A stretch of 64,000 bases of DNA. Source: a virus. A model generated the notes under the pieces. That model was given only the letters and a program-made list of their open reading frames with translations. It was not told the origin of the DNA and made no database searches. This document shows positions 27,627-36,967 of the stretch, piece after piece. The stretch spans positions 8,643-72,642 of the IMG/VR virus record IMGVR_UViG_3300025876_000005. One strand, written 5' to 3'. Position 1 is the stretch's first letter, and each line of letters opens with the position of its first letter. A program made the translations under genes and the position numbers.

Positions 27627-28910
27627 ATGTCAAAAGAAAACAAAAGGACTAGAATCGGATCGGCAACCGATAGTCAAAAATTAGGTCAAACACCTGAACA
27701 AAACGTCGAATCAAACAACATTTCAGAGGAGCCAAAAAATGAGCATAGTGAATTCTATGATTCAGATGGTAATTTTATATGGGAAGCATATGAAGCTACT
27801 TGTGTTTCACACACAAGAAAACCTAACCCTCACATTAAAACACAAAAAGGTGACAAAGTTTACTCTCGAGAAGATTATGCTCAAGAGATGTACGACATGT
27901 TGCAGAACTCTGAAATCAACAGATCGATTAAATCTAGTGTTAAAATAGGTGAAATCCACGAGGGTATTGTTTATGCAGTAACCCAAGATACAATTACAGT
28001 TGACATTGGTTACAGAGAATTAATCTATGTGAAAGCCGATAAAGAACCACAGAGTGTCAAAGAACTTACACCAGGTGAAGAAACTGCAGTTTTAATTACT
28101 AACACTGATAATGCCTTTATCTCAGGTTCTGTTTCAGGCGGTATTAAACAGAAAGTCTTTATGGATCTTAGAGACGGTGTTGAATCAGGCAATACTGCTT
28201 GGGTAGGTCTTGTTAAGAACATGATTGAAAACGGTGGTTACATTGTTGAAGTACAAGGTATTGAATGTTTCATGCCAGGTTCACTTGCGGGTATCAACAA
28301 GCTTGCAGACTTTGAGTCTATTGTTGGTGAAGAACTCTATGTGGTACCAGTATCTTTCTCTGCGACTAGAGGCACAATAGTTGTTTCACACAGAAAATAC
28401 TTACAGGCATTAATCCCACAGGAGATTGAGAATATTAAAGAGAATGCCGGTGAAGAAATCACAGGTAACGTAACAGGAACTGCTAAATACGGAGTCTTCG
28501 TTGAATTTAACAGATGTTTGACAGGTATGATTCACAAGAATGATCTAGACCCAGAAACATTCGAGAAGTTTAAGAAGCGTGAAATTATGCCGGCGGATGA
28601 AGTTACCTTTAAAGTAAAGGATGTTATCTCGAACACTAAGATTACTCTAACACAGATCGATAATGTACAAACTAGCCCATGGGATGATATTACTACAAGG
28701 TATAAAATTCCAGCTGTTGTTAAGGCTCAAGTAAAAGCCAAGAAAGACTATGGCCTTTTTGTTACAATCGAGGATGGTGTTACTGGACTGCTACACGTCA
28801 GTGAACTAGGCGAAGATATAATGAAAGTCTTTAACCCAGGTGATGACATTACAGTCAAGATTACTCGAATTGAAGAGGAGACCCAGAAGGTCTTTCTTAA
28901 ATTACCATAA
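27627..28910 (+). CDS. rpsA: Ribosomal protein S1-like protein (about 4 S1 domains)
   Basis: S1 repeats: GGYIVEVQGIECFMPGS, YGVFVEF..TGMIH, YGLFVTIEDGVTGLLHVSEL...ITVKITRIE..KVFL. Confidence 0.8.
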   Translation: MSKENKRTRIGSATDSQKLGQTPEQNVESNNISEEPKNEHSEFYDSDGNFIWEAYEATCVSHTRKPNPHIKTQKGDKVYSREDYAQEMYDMLQNSEINRSIKSSVKIGEIHEGIVYAVTQDTITVDIGYRELIYVKADKEPQSVKELTPGEETAVLITNTDNAFISGSVSGGIKQKVFMDLRDGVESGNTAWVGLVKNMIENGGYIVEVQGIECFMPGSLAGINKLADFESIVGEELYVVPVSFSATRGTIVVSHRKYLQALIPQEIENIKENAGEEITGNVTGTAKYGVFVEFNRCLTGMIHKNDLDPETFEKFKKREIMPADEVTFKVKDVISNTKITLTQIDNVQTSPWDDITTRYKIPAVVKAQVKAKKDYGLFVTIEDGVTGLLHVSELGEDIMKVFNPGDDITVKITRIEEETQKVFLKLP

Positions 28911-28960
28911 GCTACATATTTGAGCCGGATATATATCCAAACAAGAATATATCGAGCTCG

Positions 28961-30271
28961 ATGAATAAACTAAGTAGACAGTCTACAAGAGAGTCAATAC
29001 TCAATGCCGCCTTAATGGGCATTGAATTTGAATTCTATTCAAAAAAGAACCTAGAAGAAACTCAAAAAATGCTTGAGGATCTTCTAGGTTTACCTATTAG
29101 TCTAGAAGAAAAGGCACACTCTGACTTTCAACCAACAGACAAACACTTTAAGATGGAGCCTGATATGTCAGGTGGTTCAGGCTTAATTGAGCTTGTGACT
29201 GGTGCGATGCCTTACCGTAATGCTAGAATTGTTATCATTAAGATGTTGGGTTGGATTAGAGAGCATGGTTATACAACAGATAGAGCTTCAATCCACTTAA
29301 ACATGTCATTTGACAAGAAGTATCTTGAAGATCCGATGATGGTATCAAAGATGAACACTCTTAAGTTTATCTTGGCCTTTAATGAAAAGCAGGTCTATAA
29401 ATTCTTTCCAAATAGAGAGAACTCGGTTTACGCAAAGTCGATTAAGTTTGTGATGCCAAAGCATGAAGCGGCACACTTTAGCGCCGAGCACGTTAATCCA
29501 ATGAACTTTGTATTTCCGGACACTAAATACTATGGCGTTAACTTCTTAAAGAAAGAGAAGAACTACCTAGAGTTTAGGTATATTGGTGGTAAAGATTATG
29601 AAGAGAGACAAGACGATATTCTTTACATGGCTGATAGATTTATTCTACAGCTCTTTAAGGCATGTTCTCAGACTGAATTTACAGCTGAAGATAAAATTGA
29701 GCTTAAGTATATCTTGAATAAGAACTTGCCAATTCTTGAGGCTTTAAAAGACCACAGGAACTTAAATAAGCACTGGCCCAAGATTAACCTCTTAGTCGAT
29801 CTGCAAGATGACTACCAGATTATTAAAGTACATTGGGATAGAATTAAGAGAAGAGTATTGGACTTAATTATCCATGGCTCTTTAGAAGAAGGTACTATCA
29901 ACTACGACTCTGACTTTTCTTCAATTCAAGTTAAAGACGGTAAGATGTCGACTTGTTTCTTGGCTGAAAATTACGAGTTTATCACATCTGAAATTAGAGG
30001 TAATCTAATTAACTGTAATTTTTATGCGTGTAAGATAGAGGGTTCAGATCTACAGTACTGTAATTTTTATCAGTCAACTGAGGTTAAAGAGTCCAAAATA
30101 CAGTCTTCATATGTACATGGAAGCTGTAGTGCTGTTAACTGTTACGTTTTCGGTAGGGATGGTATCTTTAAAGGCAGGATGGTCGGTGGTATATTTAGAG
30201 AGGGTAACGTTGGCCCGTATGCTAGATTTGACGATACGGAAATCGTAGTAAGTAAAAAAATAAATTCATAA
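28961..30271 (+). CDS. Putative amidoligase (COOH-NH2 ligase family) with a C-terminal repeat domain
   Basis: GIEFEF, EPDMSGG..IELVT, SIHLNMS, KYYGVN, YLEFRYIGG; C-terminal pentapeptide-like repeats. Confidence 0.7.
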   Translation: MNKLSRQSTRESILNAALMGIEFEFYSKKNLEETQKMLEDLLGLPISLEEKAHSDFQPTDKHFKMEPDMSGGSGLIELVTGAMPYRNARIVIIKMLGWIREHGYTTDRASIHLNMSFDKKYLEDPMMVSKMNTLKFILAFNEKQVYKFFPNRENSVYAKSIKFVMPKHEAAHFSAEHVNPMNFVFPDTKYYGVNFLKKEKNYLEFRYIGGKDYEERQDDILYMADRFILQLFKACSQTEFTAEDKIELKYILNKNLPILEALKDHRNLNKHWPKINLLVDLQDDYQIIKVHWDRIKRRVLDLIIHGSLEEGTINYDSDFSSIQVKDGKMSTCFLAENYEFITSEIRGNLINCNFYACKIEGSDLQYCNFYQSTEVKESKIQSSYVHGSCSAVNCYVFGRDGIFKGRMVGGIFREGNVGPYARFDDTEIVVSKKINS

Positions 30272-30272
30272 A

Positions 30273-31112
30273 ATGAGTGAAATTAGAAGTGGTAATGAAA
30301 ATGGTTTAACAACCCCTAGAGATTTTAGTGACGATTGTTTAAACGAGTTTCTAGATGAGATCGGTGATGAGATTACTGGTGCTTGTATGGTACCAGTTAA
30401 TCTGCCTAAAAAGGAGATCATCAACATTATCAAGAGAGCTAAGAAATGGTTCTACAAGAAATATGAGGACTCTGTAAAGGAGAACTATTATCATATCCCG
30501 AAAGAGATTTTTGAGACTGAATATTTTAAGAAGCACAGATGTTTGACTCTGCCAGATGCTGCGGCTGACGGTGCGGGTAAAGTTTATGCTGTTTACGGTG
30601 TATATGATCTTGCAAGTGGTTGGAATAACATGGGCGGATCTGATTTAAGATTCCAGTCTGGTGCTGACTTCTCAATCGATAAGATGTTATTTAGAAGAAT
30701 GTATGATGGTTCAGGACCTGCACAAGCAGCTGAAGAGTTACAATACTATGTACTTAATGCTTCACTTGCCGATCTGTCAAGGCAGATTCTTGAGAATCCG
30801 ATCTCTTTCCAGTACTCAAGATTAACTGGTGATTTAAAGTTCATGGGTGATACACCAAAAGGTGATATTATTCTAGAGGTTTATGAGACAATTCCAGACT
30901 GCGCTCTGTATGATGATGAGATCTTCTTTAGATATATTAGCGCAAAGATCAAACAATCACTTGGTGCCAAATTGGGTATCTTCAAATTTGCTTTACCTGG
31001 TAATGTAGACTTTGATTATGATGCAATTAAATCAATGGGTGATGATGAACTTTCTGCTATTGAAGAAGAAATCAAGGGTGATGAAGGTGTGGACTGGATG
31101 TTCCATAGCTAA
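30273..31112 (+). CDS. Neck protein (T4 gp13-like)
   Basis: IIKRAKKWFY, Y..AKIKQSLG..LG.F..LPGNV.......G..EL..IEEEI pattern; context. Confidence 0.65.
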   Translation: MSEIRSGNENGLTTPRDFSDDCLNEFLDEIGDEITGACMVPVNLPKKEIINIIKRAKKWFYKKYEDSVKENYYHIPKEIFETEYFKKHRCLTLPDAAADGAGKVYAVYGVYDLASGWNNMGGSDLRFQSGADFSIDKMLFRRMYDGSGPAQAAEELQYYVLNASLADLSRQILENPISFQYSRLTGDLKFMGDTPKGDIILEVYETIPDCALYDDEIFFRYISAKIKQSLGAKLGIFKFALPGNVDFDYDAIKSMGDDELSAIEEEIKGDEGVDWMFHS

Positions 31113-31129
31113 AAGAGATACATATAAAG

Positions 31130-31486
31130 ATGGAATTGTACATTAAATATATAGGAGATCCTAACTATGATCCAAATCAAGTTCATATTGAGAATGAAGT
31201 ACAACAACTTATAACTCAAATTGAAACTACTCTTTTTACTGATAAAGGAGAAGTTTTAGGCGCTCCTGGTTTTGGCTGTAATTTAGAAGATTTGATATAT
31301 TCATTACAGTACAATGAACAGCAATTGAAATCAACAATAGAAGGTCAGATAAACGCGTATTGTCCACTGGCTAAAAAATATAACGTGAAAACCGAAATTA
31401 GCTTTTTACGAGGTACTGTGAGAGATGTTGCTTATATTGACATCACAGTTGATAATAGTTATCTTGTGCAGGTTTACGTAAATTAA
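31130..31486 (+). CDS. Baseplate gp25/GPW family protein
   Basis: LFTDKGEVLGAPGFGCNLEDLIY. Confidence 0.8.
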   Translation: MELYIKYIGDPNYDPNQVHIENEVQQLITQIETTLFTDKGEVLGAPGFGCNLEDLIYSLQYNEQQLKSTIEGQINAYCPLAKKYNVKTEISFLRGTVRDVAYIDITVDNSYLVQVYVN

Positions 31487-31499
31487 ATAAATAAAACGG

Positions 31500-33326
31500 A
31501 TGGCAGATCTTAAATTTTTAAATAAGCTTAGAGTAACAGGTGCTCAGATTAAACAGGATGCAAGAACATATATTTCTCGTATCTATAATCGTGCAGGTAC
31601 CTTGTTCACTGAGGCCTCTCCTTTCGCACAGCTCTTAAATGTAATGAGTGAGATGAGTGAATTGATTATGTTCTACGTAGAAGATTCTTTAGTGGAACAG
31701 AATATTTACACGGCTCAACAGGCCGAGTCAATTTACGGTATGTCAAGACTAACTGGACATGATGCAACTAGAGGCTATGCTGCTTTTGGTGAAATTGAGT
31801 TTAGGTGGAAGCCGGGCGCTGATTTTGTTAAAATTGCAGGTACTGGTCTAACATTTGATGGTAGAGCTGTTATTAAGTTCGACTCAAATGGTCTAAAGTA
31901 CACTGTTCAAACACCAAGAGAAAGATTTAGAGTTGAGAAGAGTAATAAGAATAAATTTACATGTGAAATTATACAAGGTGAATATGAATCACAAACTGTA
32001 ACTGGGACTGGAGAGAATCTTCAGTCTTACAATATAAACGTTAGAGGATTAACTGACCATAACAAAATTACAGTCTACGTAAACGGCGAAGTATGGACTA
32101 AACATGTTTCACTCTATGACATGAACGCTAATGAAAAAGCTTATATGGTTAAGACTGGAATTAGCGGCGGATTAGACCTTTACTTTGGTAACGGTTCTTT
32201 CGGTATGCCACCGGCAAATGGTGCCACAATCGAGATTGAGTATATTAAACACGGTGGCTCTAAAGGTAATTTGCCTGATGGTTCAGATCTAACTGTAAAA
32301 TGGGAAACGGAAGGTGAGGATTCAATTGGAGAACTACATGACCTAAATGAATTCTTTGATATAACAGTAACATCTTCTCCGAAGATGGGAGCAGATCGTG
32401 AATCAACTGATTTTACAAGGATTCTAACACCACTTGCAAGTAAGTCGTATGTGTTAGCCACTCCAGACAACTATGAGTACTTCTTATCTAAGTACAACCA
32501 GTTTTCATATATTGATGCTTACAACCGCACAGACGACCAGTATTTAGACGACGATAACGTAGTTTACATCTTTGCAATGCCAGACTTTAAGAGAAAGTTA
32601 ACTGCAGGTATGGATTATTTCTCTCTACCGCAACAAGAGATGTTCTTTACACAAAGCGAATATGATGCAATGTATCAGGTGTTGCAAAACTCAGGCCAGA
32701 TGATGATGGCTGCTGAAGTTAAATTCGTAGAACCAATTGTCAAGAAGTATAGTATGGATGTTGCAATCAGATACTTTGATGGCTTTAGTAAACAAGAGAT
32801 TGCAAACGACGTAAGAGCAGCTATCTCAAATTATATGCTTAACATTACGAGAAGAGATAAGCTGCCTAAGTCAGACATTGTCTATATTCTTGAAGAGATT
32901 GAAGGTATTGATTCGGTTAACGTAAGATTCATTAGCCAGAAAGAAGAAGATGCACTTAGATTGGGTTACTATGAGACTGTAACTACAACTATTCAGCCAC
33001 AAGAACCAGTTACTCTTGAAAATATCGGTAACGGTAAACAAAAATATGTATTCTTCCAGAAGATTGAGGAGTCTAATCTAGTTAGAATTAACCCAGGAGA
33101 TTCTATCCCAGACTCAGTTAGAGGCTTAGATCAATGGGGTGATATTATAATGGGCAAAGATGAAGTTGCTATCTTTAGAGGTGGTTGGTTAGACCGCGAT
33201 GACGATCTTGTCGATGATGATGTAAAATTAAATGAAGAGGCTGCACTAAGTATAAACTTTGATGAAGCTCCTGTGCCTAGAACAATTTACACTAGAGTGC
33301 AAGCTGGAAATAGAAAAGCGTTATAA
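31500..33326 (+). CDS. Baseplate wedge gp6-like protein
   Basis: TAQQAESIYG, LYFGNGSFG..P, GGSKGN, GADRES, LATPDNY; follows gp25. Confidence 0.78.
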   Translation: MADLKFLNKLRVTGAQIKQDARTYISRIYNRAGTLFTEASPFAQLLNVMSEMSELIMFYVEDSLVEQNIYTAQQAESIYGMSRLTGHDATRGYAAFGEIEFRWKPGADFVKIAGTGLTFDGRAVIKFDSNGLKYTVQTPRERFRVEKSNKNKFTCEIIQGEYESQTVTGTGENLQSYNINVRGLTDHNKITVYVNGEVWTKHVSLYDMNANEKAYMVKTGISGGLDLYFGNGSFGMPPANGATIEIEYIKHGGSKGNLPDGSDLTVKWETEGEDSIGELHDLNEFFDITVTSSPKMGADRESTDFTRILTPLASKSYVLATPDNYEYFLSKYNQFSYIDAYNRTDDQYLDDDNVVYIFAMPDFKRKLTAGMDYFSLPQQEMFFTQSEYDAMYQVLQNSGQMMMAAEVKFVEPIVKKYSMDVAIRYFDGFSKQEIANDVRAAISNYMLNITRRDKLPKSDIVYILEEIEGIDSVNVRFISQKEEDALRLGYYETVTTTIQPQEPVTLENIGNGKQKYVFFQKIEESNLVRINPGDSIPDSVRGLDQWGDIIMGKDEVAIFRGGWLDRDDDLVDDDVKLNEEAALSINFDEAPVPRTIYTRVQAGNRKAL

Positions 33327-33598
33327 TGGAAGCACCCTTTAAAGACTTATTAAGGTATAAACGTAGAAAGATTTATGATGTTGCAAAGCACCGTAAAGAC
33401 TCTAGACTTAATACTGGTTACGATTATAAGGACAATCTTTTTAATCTGATGACCTCGAAACACATTCGTAGAAATCAGATTATTAAAGAGTTTATGCTCT
33501 TTCTTAATGATTATTTTTATAATATTATTAAGGGCGTTAAGCACCTAAAAACGTTTAAAAATTACACAGTAGAAAAAGACGATACTAATGTACGATAA
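33326..33598 (+). CDS. Small baseplate-associated hypothetical protein
   Basis: Coupled ORF between baseplate genes. Confidence 0.6.
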   Translation: MEAPFKDLLRYKRRKIYDVAKHRKDSRLNTGYDYKDNLFNLMTSKHIRRNQIIKEFMLFLNDYFYNIIKGVKHLKTFKNYTVEKDDTNVR

Positions 33599-36365
33599 AC
33601 TAAGATTTTTTAACGGATTTGACTATGACATGAACATGGTCAAAGATGCTGATGGTATCTGGCAAGGTAACGTCTATCTAGATGAAGTATCTGTTGGTCT
33701 CTACGAAACGGCTAACATTTTCTTATTAGAGGAGACTGGCTACTACTATGCGGGTCAGACTACATCTGCTACAATGCCAGGTTTGATTCAGCCGATTGAA
33801 AATTCAGTTGGTTCAAAACTAGTTTGTAAATGGATTGATGAAAAAGGAACGTCTAGTGATATTTTTATCTACGGTGCGGAAATGAAGAATGGCCAGCCCG
33901 TTATTACACACCATAAAGAGTTAACATTAGAGCCGCAGCTACAGTCGGTTGCACCTTATAATGTTGTTGATGGTGTTAAGTATTATGAGAAGCTGGACTT
34001 TAAAAAATTGAGCAACCAAGCACTGCAGTTAAATGTAGCTTTAAGATCTAATGCTGACGGACCACACAGGCGCGTCTTAGGTATTTATGATGTAGTTAAT
34101 GGAATTGAGACACAAGTCGCTCAGATTGCATTCTATGGCGAAGTGGTTGCCGAAGACGAAAGACTTAGAACTTTACTACAAAATTTCGGCGCAACTCTAG
34201 ATGAAGGAGACTTCCTACTCTTTAAAGAGCACGACATCTCGGAACAAAGCCCAGACTATAAACTCTTAAACAGAAAGCGTAAAGAGCTCTTACTAGAGCT
34301 ACATAATATTAAACCCTTCGTTGGTACTTACAAGGCAATCTTAAATGCGATTGACTTCTTTGGTTATAGCAATATAACACTAAAAGAATACTGGATGAAC
34401 GTTGACAAGAGCAAACCTTCTTTTGGTAAACTCTTTGCGATTCCTGTCCCTAATTCTTCGGTGCGCGGTGAGATGTTGCGTAAGAAGTTGACGGTACAGA
34501 TCCCTTCAAGTACAATGAAGAAGACTAGTCGTTTTAGCCTAGTCTACAGATTAAACGAGCCGAACGGTGGTGTTGACCAGTGGGATATTCCAACCGTTGA
34601 TGAGATATTTGAGTATACACCGGATGAAATCTTAATCAAGCTCTATGGTTTAAAGCAGAAATTACAGCGTGAATATCTGCCATTAAATACTAAGATTGTA
34701 GATATTACAGCAGAAGGTGACTACTTTACTCAGAGAAACTTAAATGTATGGAACGTTCAGAATGAGATTGGTTTTATAAGTGAGGGTCATGATATTAAAT
34801 TTAAGGTTGCGCCAGAAGGTAGAACTCTCTTTATTGAGGATTTGGGTCTAGTGCTAGAGACAACTTTAGATAAGAATAGTGCTGACTATCAAACATACTT
34901 AGGTTTTACACCAGCTGATTTTGCAATAGCAACTACATCTCAACTACAAGAACTCGAAGATATTTACAATGAGTTCTACGAGTACTACATTGAAAGAGAC
35001 TTAAGGACGTTTAACCAGGATATTCCAGTTGGCTGTCCGGTTATCTTAGACGGTAGTGAAACTTTTAGGGACACTTGGTTCGACGGTGGTTTTACATGGG
35101 ACGATGCTATTGACCCGAACTCACAGCTCTTAGTAACTTGGGATAACTGGTGGAAACGCTGGGTTTATGAAGTTGAATGGCTTGTAACTGGACCTAATGG
35201 TTTTAGCTTTGAAGTTCGCGGTGATATTGACAACTATCTAACAATGCCAATTATAGTACCTTACGAAGGCAGCTATACGGTTGAGATGAGAGTTTATGAC
35301 CTTTTTGGCCATCGATCACACTATAGAGAAAGAGATCTTTTTCAAGTTGAACTAAAAGACGTTGAACTCTATGGAGTCTATAAGTGGTTAGACCCAGTAA
35401 GATGGAATGATAAAGGCTTAACTTGGAATAAGTCAGGTGGCTATTGGGATAACGCTCAAGACAGTAGTGTAACTGTAGACCAGGCAATTGCAAGTCTATC
35501 CAATACGCTAGACAGGGCTAATTATTTACACGATGAAAGCCAAGGTATTAGGTTTTCAATGGTAAGAAGGTATAATGACACGTTAACTGAAACTGGTTTT
35601 TCAGAGACTACTGGGCCGTACCAATTTGATGAATCTAGGTTTAGATGGAGAGACACTGAACATCTTTCTTGGAATGCAACTAGGGTTGGTAGTGATTTGT
35701 CTGCATCTTTTAAAGTTTACGATATAGAGAATGGCGATGAAATTGCGATTGACTTTAAAGATCCAAATACTGAAGTTATTACAACAGGTTCACATGTGAT
35801 TACAAGCAATACGGCAAGCTCGCCGGTTAACACAGCTCAATATGAAGCTGAATGGGAAGCAATTAGAGATGAATTAAATAACTCAACCAATCCAATCATT
35901 CAGAAGTTTAACTGGAACGCAGTTTTTCACGATACTAATGGTGACGGCTATGCTGATACATTTTTGTATATGCTGGCTGTAGGTAAAGAGTACTCTAAGA
36001 ATTATGACTTTGAGAGTGTTACCGTAACGCCAAATGGCGCAAGTGCTATTTTAGCCGATGGAGAATTACACGTGGTTCACTATAATCCAGGTTTTGATGA
36101 TACTAAGATTTTTAGAGAATATACTGAGGTTGAAAGATCAACTCACGTTACAATTGCAGCTGATGCTACTAACATGCCGGGTATTAAAAACCCAAAGTGG
36201 GGCATTGTAAACAGAAGCAACCCTGAAATAAATGATATATACTATGATAGTATGTGGTTAACCTACATATTCCAAGACCCAGGTACTTATGAGATTACAC
36301 TTGAGGTTGAAGATACCAATGGTAACCACAACGTCGTCAAACGTAATATGATAAATGTAAAATAA
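33588..36365 (+). CDS. Baseplate wedge (gp7-like) protein with PKD/Ig-like segments
   Basis: GTYKAILNAIDFFGY; GSYTVEMRVYD and PGTYEITLEVEDTNG PKD-like motifs. Confidence 0.55.
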   Translation: MYDKLRFFNGFDYDMNMVKDADGIWQGNVYLDEVSVGLYETANIFLLEETGYYYAGQTTSATMPGLIQPIENSVGSKLVCKWIDEKGTSSDIFIYGAEMKNGQPVITHHKELTLEPQLQSVAPYNVVDGVKYYEKLDFKKLSNQALQLNVALRSNADGPHRRVLGIYDVVNGIETQVAQIAFYGEVVAEDERLRTLLQNFGATLDEGDFLLFKEHDISEQSPDYKLLNRKRKELLLELHNIKPFVGTYKAILNAIDFFGYSNITLKEYWMNVDKSKPSFGKLFAIPVPNSSVRGEMLRKKLTVQIPSSTMKKTSRFSLVYRLNEPNGGVDQWDIPTVDEIFEYTPDEILIKLYGLKQKLQREYLPLNTKIVDITAEGDYFTQRNLNVWNVQNEIGFISEGHDIKFKVAPEGRTLFIEDLGLVLETTLDKNSADYQTYLGFTPADFAIATTSQLQELEDIYNEFYEYYIERDLRTFNQDIPVGCPVILDGSETFRDTWFDGGFTWDDAIDPNSQLLVTWDNWWKRWVYEVEWLVTGPNGFSFEVRGDIDNYLTMPIIVPYEGSYTVEMRVYDLFGHRSHYRERDLFQVELKDVELYGVYKWLDPVRWNDKGLTWNKSGGYWDNAQDSSVTVDQAIASLSNTLDRANYLHDESQGIRFSMVRRYNDTLTETGFSETTGPYQFDESRFRWRDTEHLSWNATRVGSDLSASFKVYDIENGDEIAIDFKDPNTEVITTGSHVITSNTASSPVNTAQYEAEWEAIRDELNNSTNPIIQKFNWNAVFHDTNGDGYADTFLYMLAVGKEYSKNYDFESVTVTPNGASAILADGELHVVHYNPGFDDTKIFREYTEVERSTHVTIAADATNMPGIKNPKWGIVNRSNPEINDIYYDSMWLTYIFQDPGTYEITLEVEDTNGNHNVVKRNMINVK

Positions 36366-36378
36366 TAAACAAACAAAA

Positions 36379-36945
36379 ATGGCAAACATTACACAAATCT
36401 TAGGAACAGATTCTATCTCATCTTCTAGGCCAGTTATTAATAGTAACTTCCAGCTGGTGAATGATGATATTGCTGATCTACAGGCACTTCTAGATCCTAC
36501 AAATGCTACTATTCAGAATATTTCATCTGCAACAGTACAAAGCTTGACAGTACTTAACGGTACAACAAACATTGCTACATTTACAGCATCCGGTATTGAT
36601 TTAGACGTTGATGTTGAATTTGCTGCAAGAACTACGATGGCCGGTGAAATTGTAAAGCCTGGTGTTGAAGGTAGCGCTGTAGTTCCAACTGCAACAACGT
36701 CTCCGGGCTCTTTAGCCGAGTCAGCTTATTTTGTAAATACGGCATTCTTGTTACCGGCAGGTATCGAGGGTCAAGAAGTAACCATTATCAACGTTAATAC
36801 TAGTGCTGTTACAGTTGGTGTTCAAGCAGGATCAACTTTAGGAGCAACTTCTATTAGCTTAGATGGACAGAACTCAACAGTAACATTAAGATACATCGGT
36901 ACAGTTTGGTATGTGATCTCATCACACGCTGCAACTATATCGTAA
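36379..36945 (+). CDS. Small baseplate/fibre protein with a gp9/gp10-type N-terminal anchor (SRPVINSNF)
   Basis: IN.NF motif; beta-rich C-terminus. Confidence 0.55.
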   Translation: MANITQILGTDSISSSRPVINSNFQLVNDDIADLQALLDPTNATIQNISSATVQSLTVLNGTTNIATFTASGIDLDVDVEFAARTTMAGEIVKPGVEGSAVVPTATTSPGSLAESAYFVNTAFLLPAGIEGQEVTIINVNTSAVTVGVQAGSTLGATSISLDGQNSTVTLRYIGTVWYVISSHAATIS

Positions 36946-36967
36946 GCAATAAATTAAAAGAATATAA

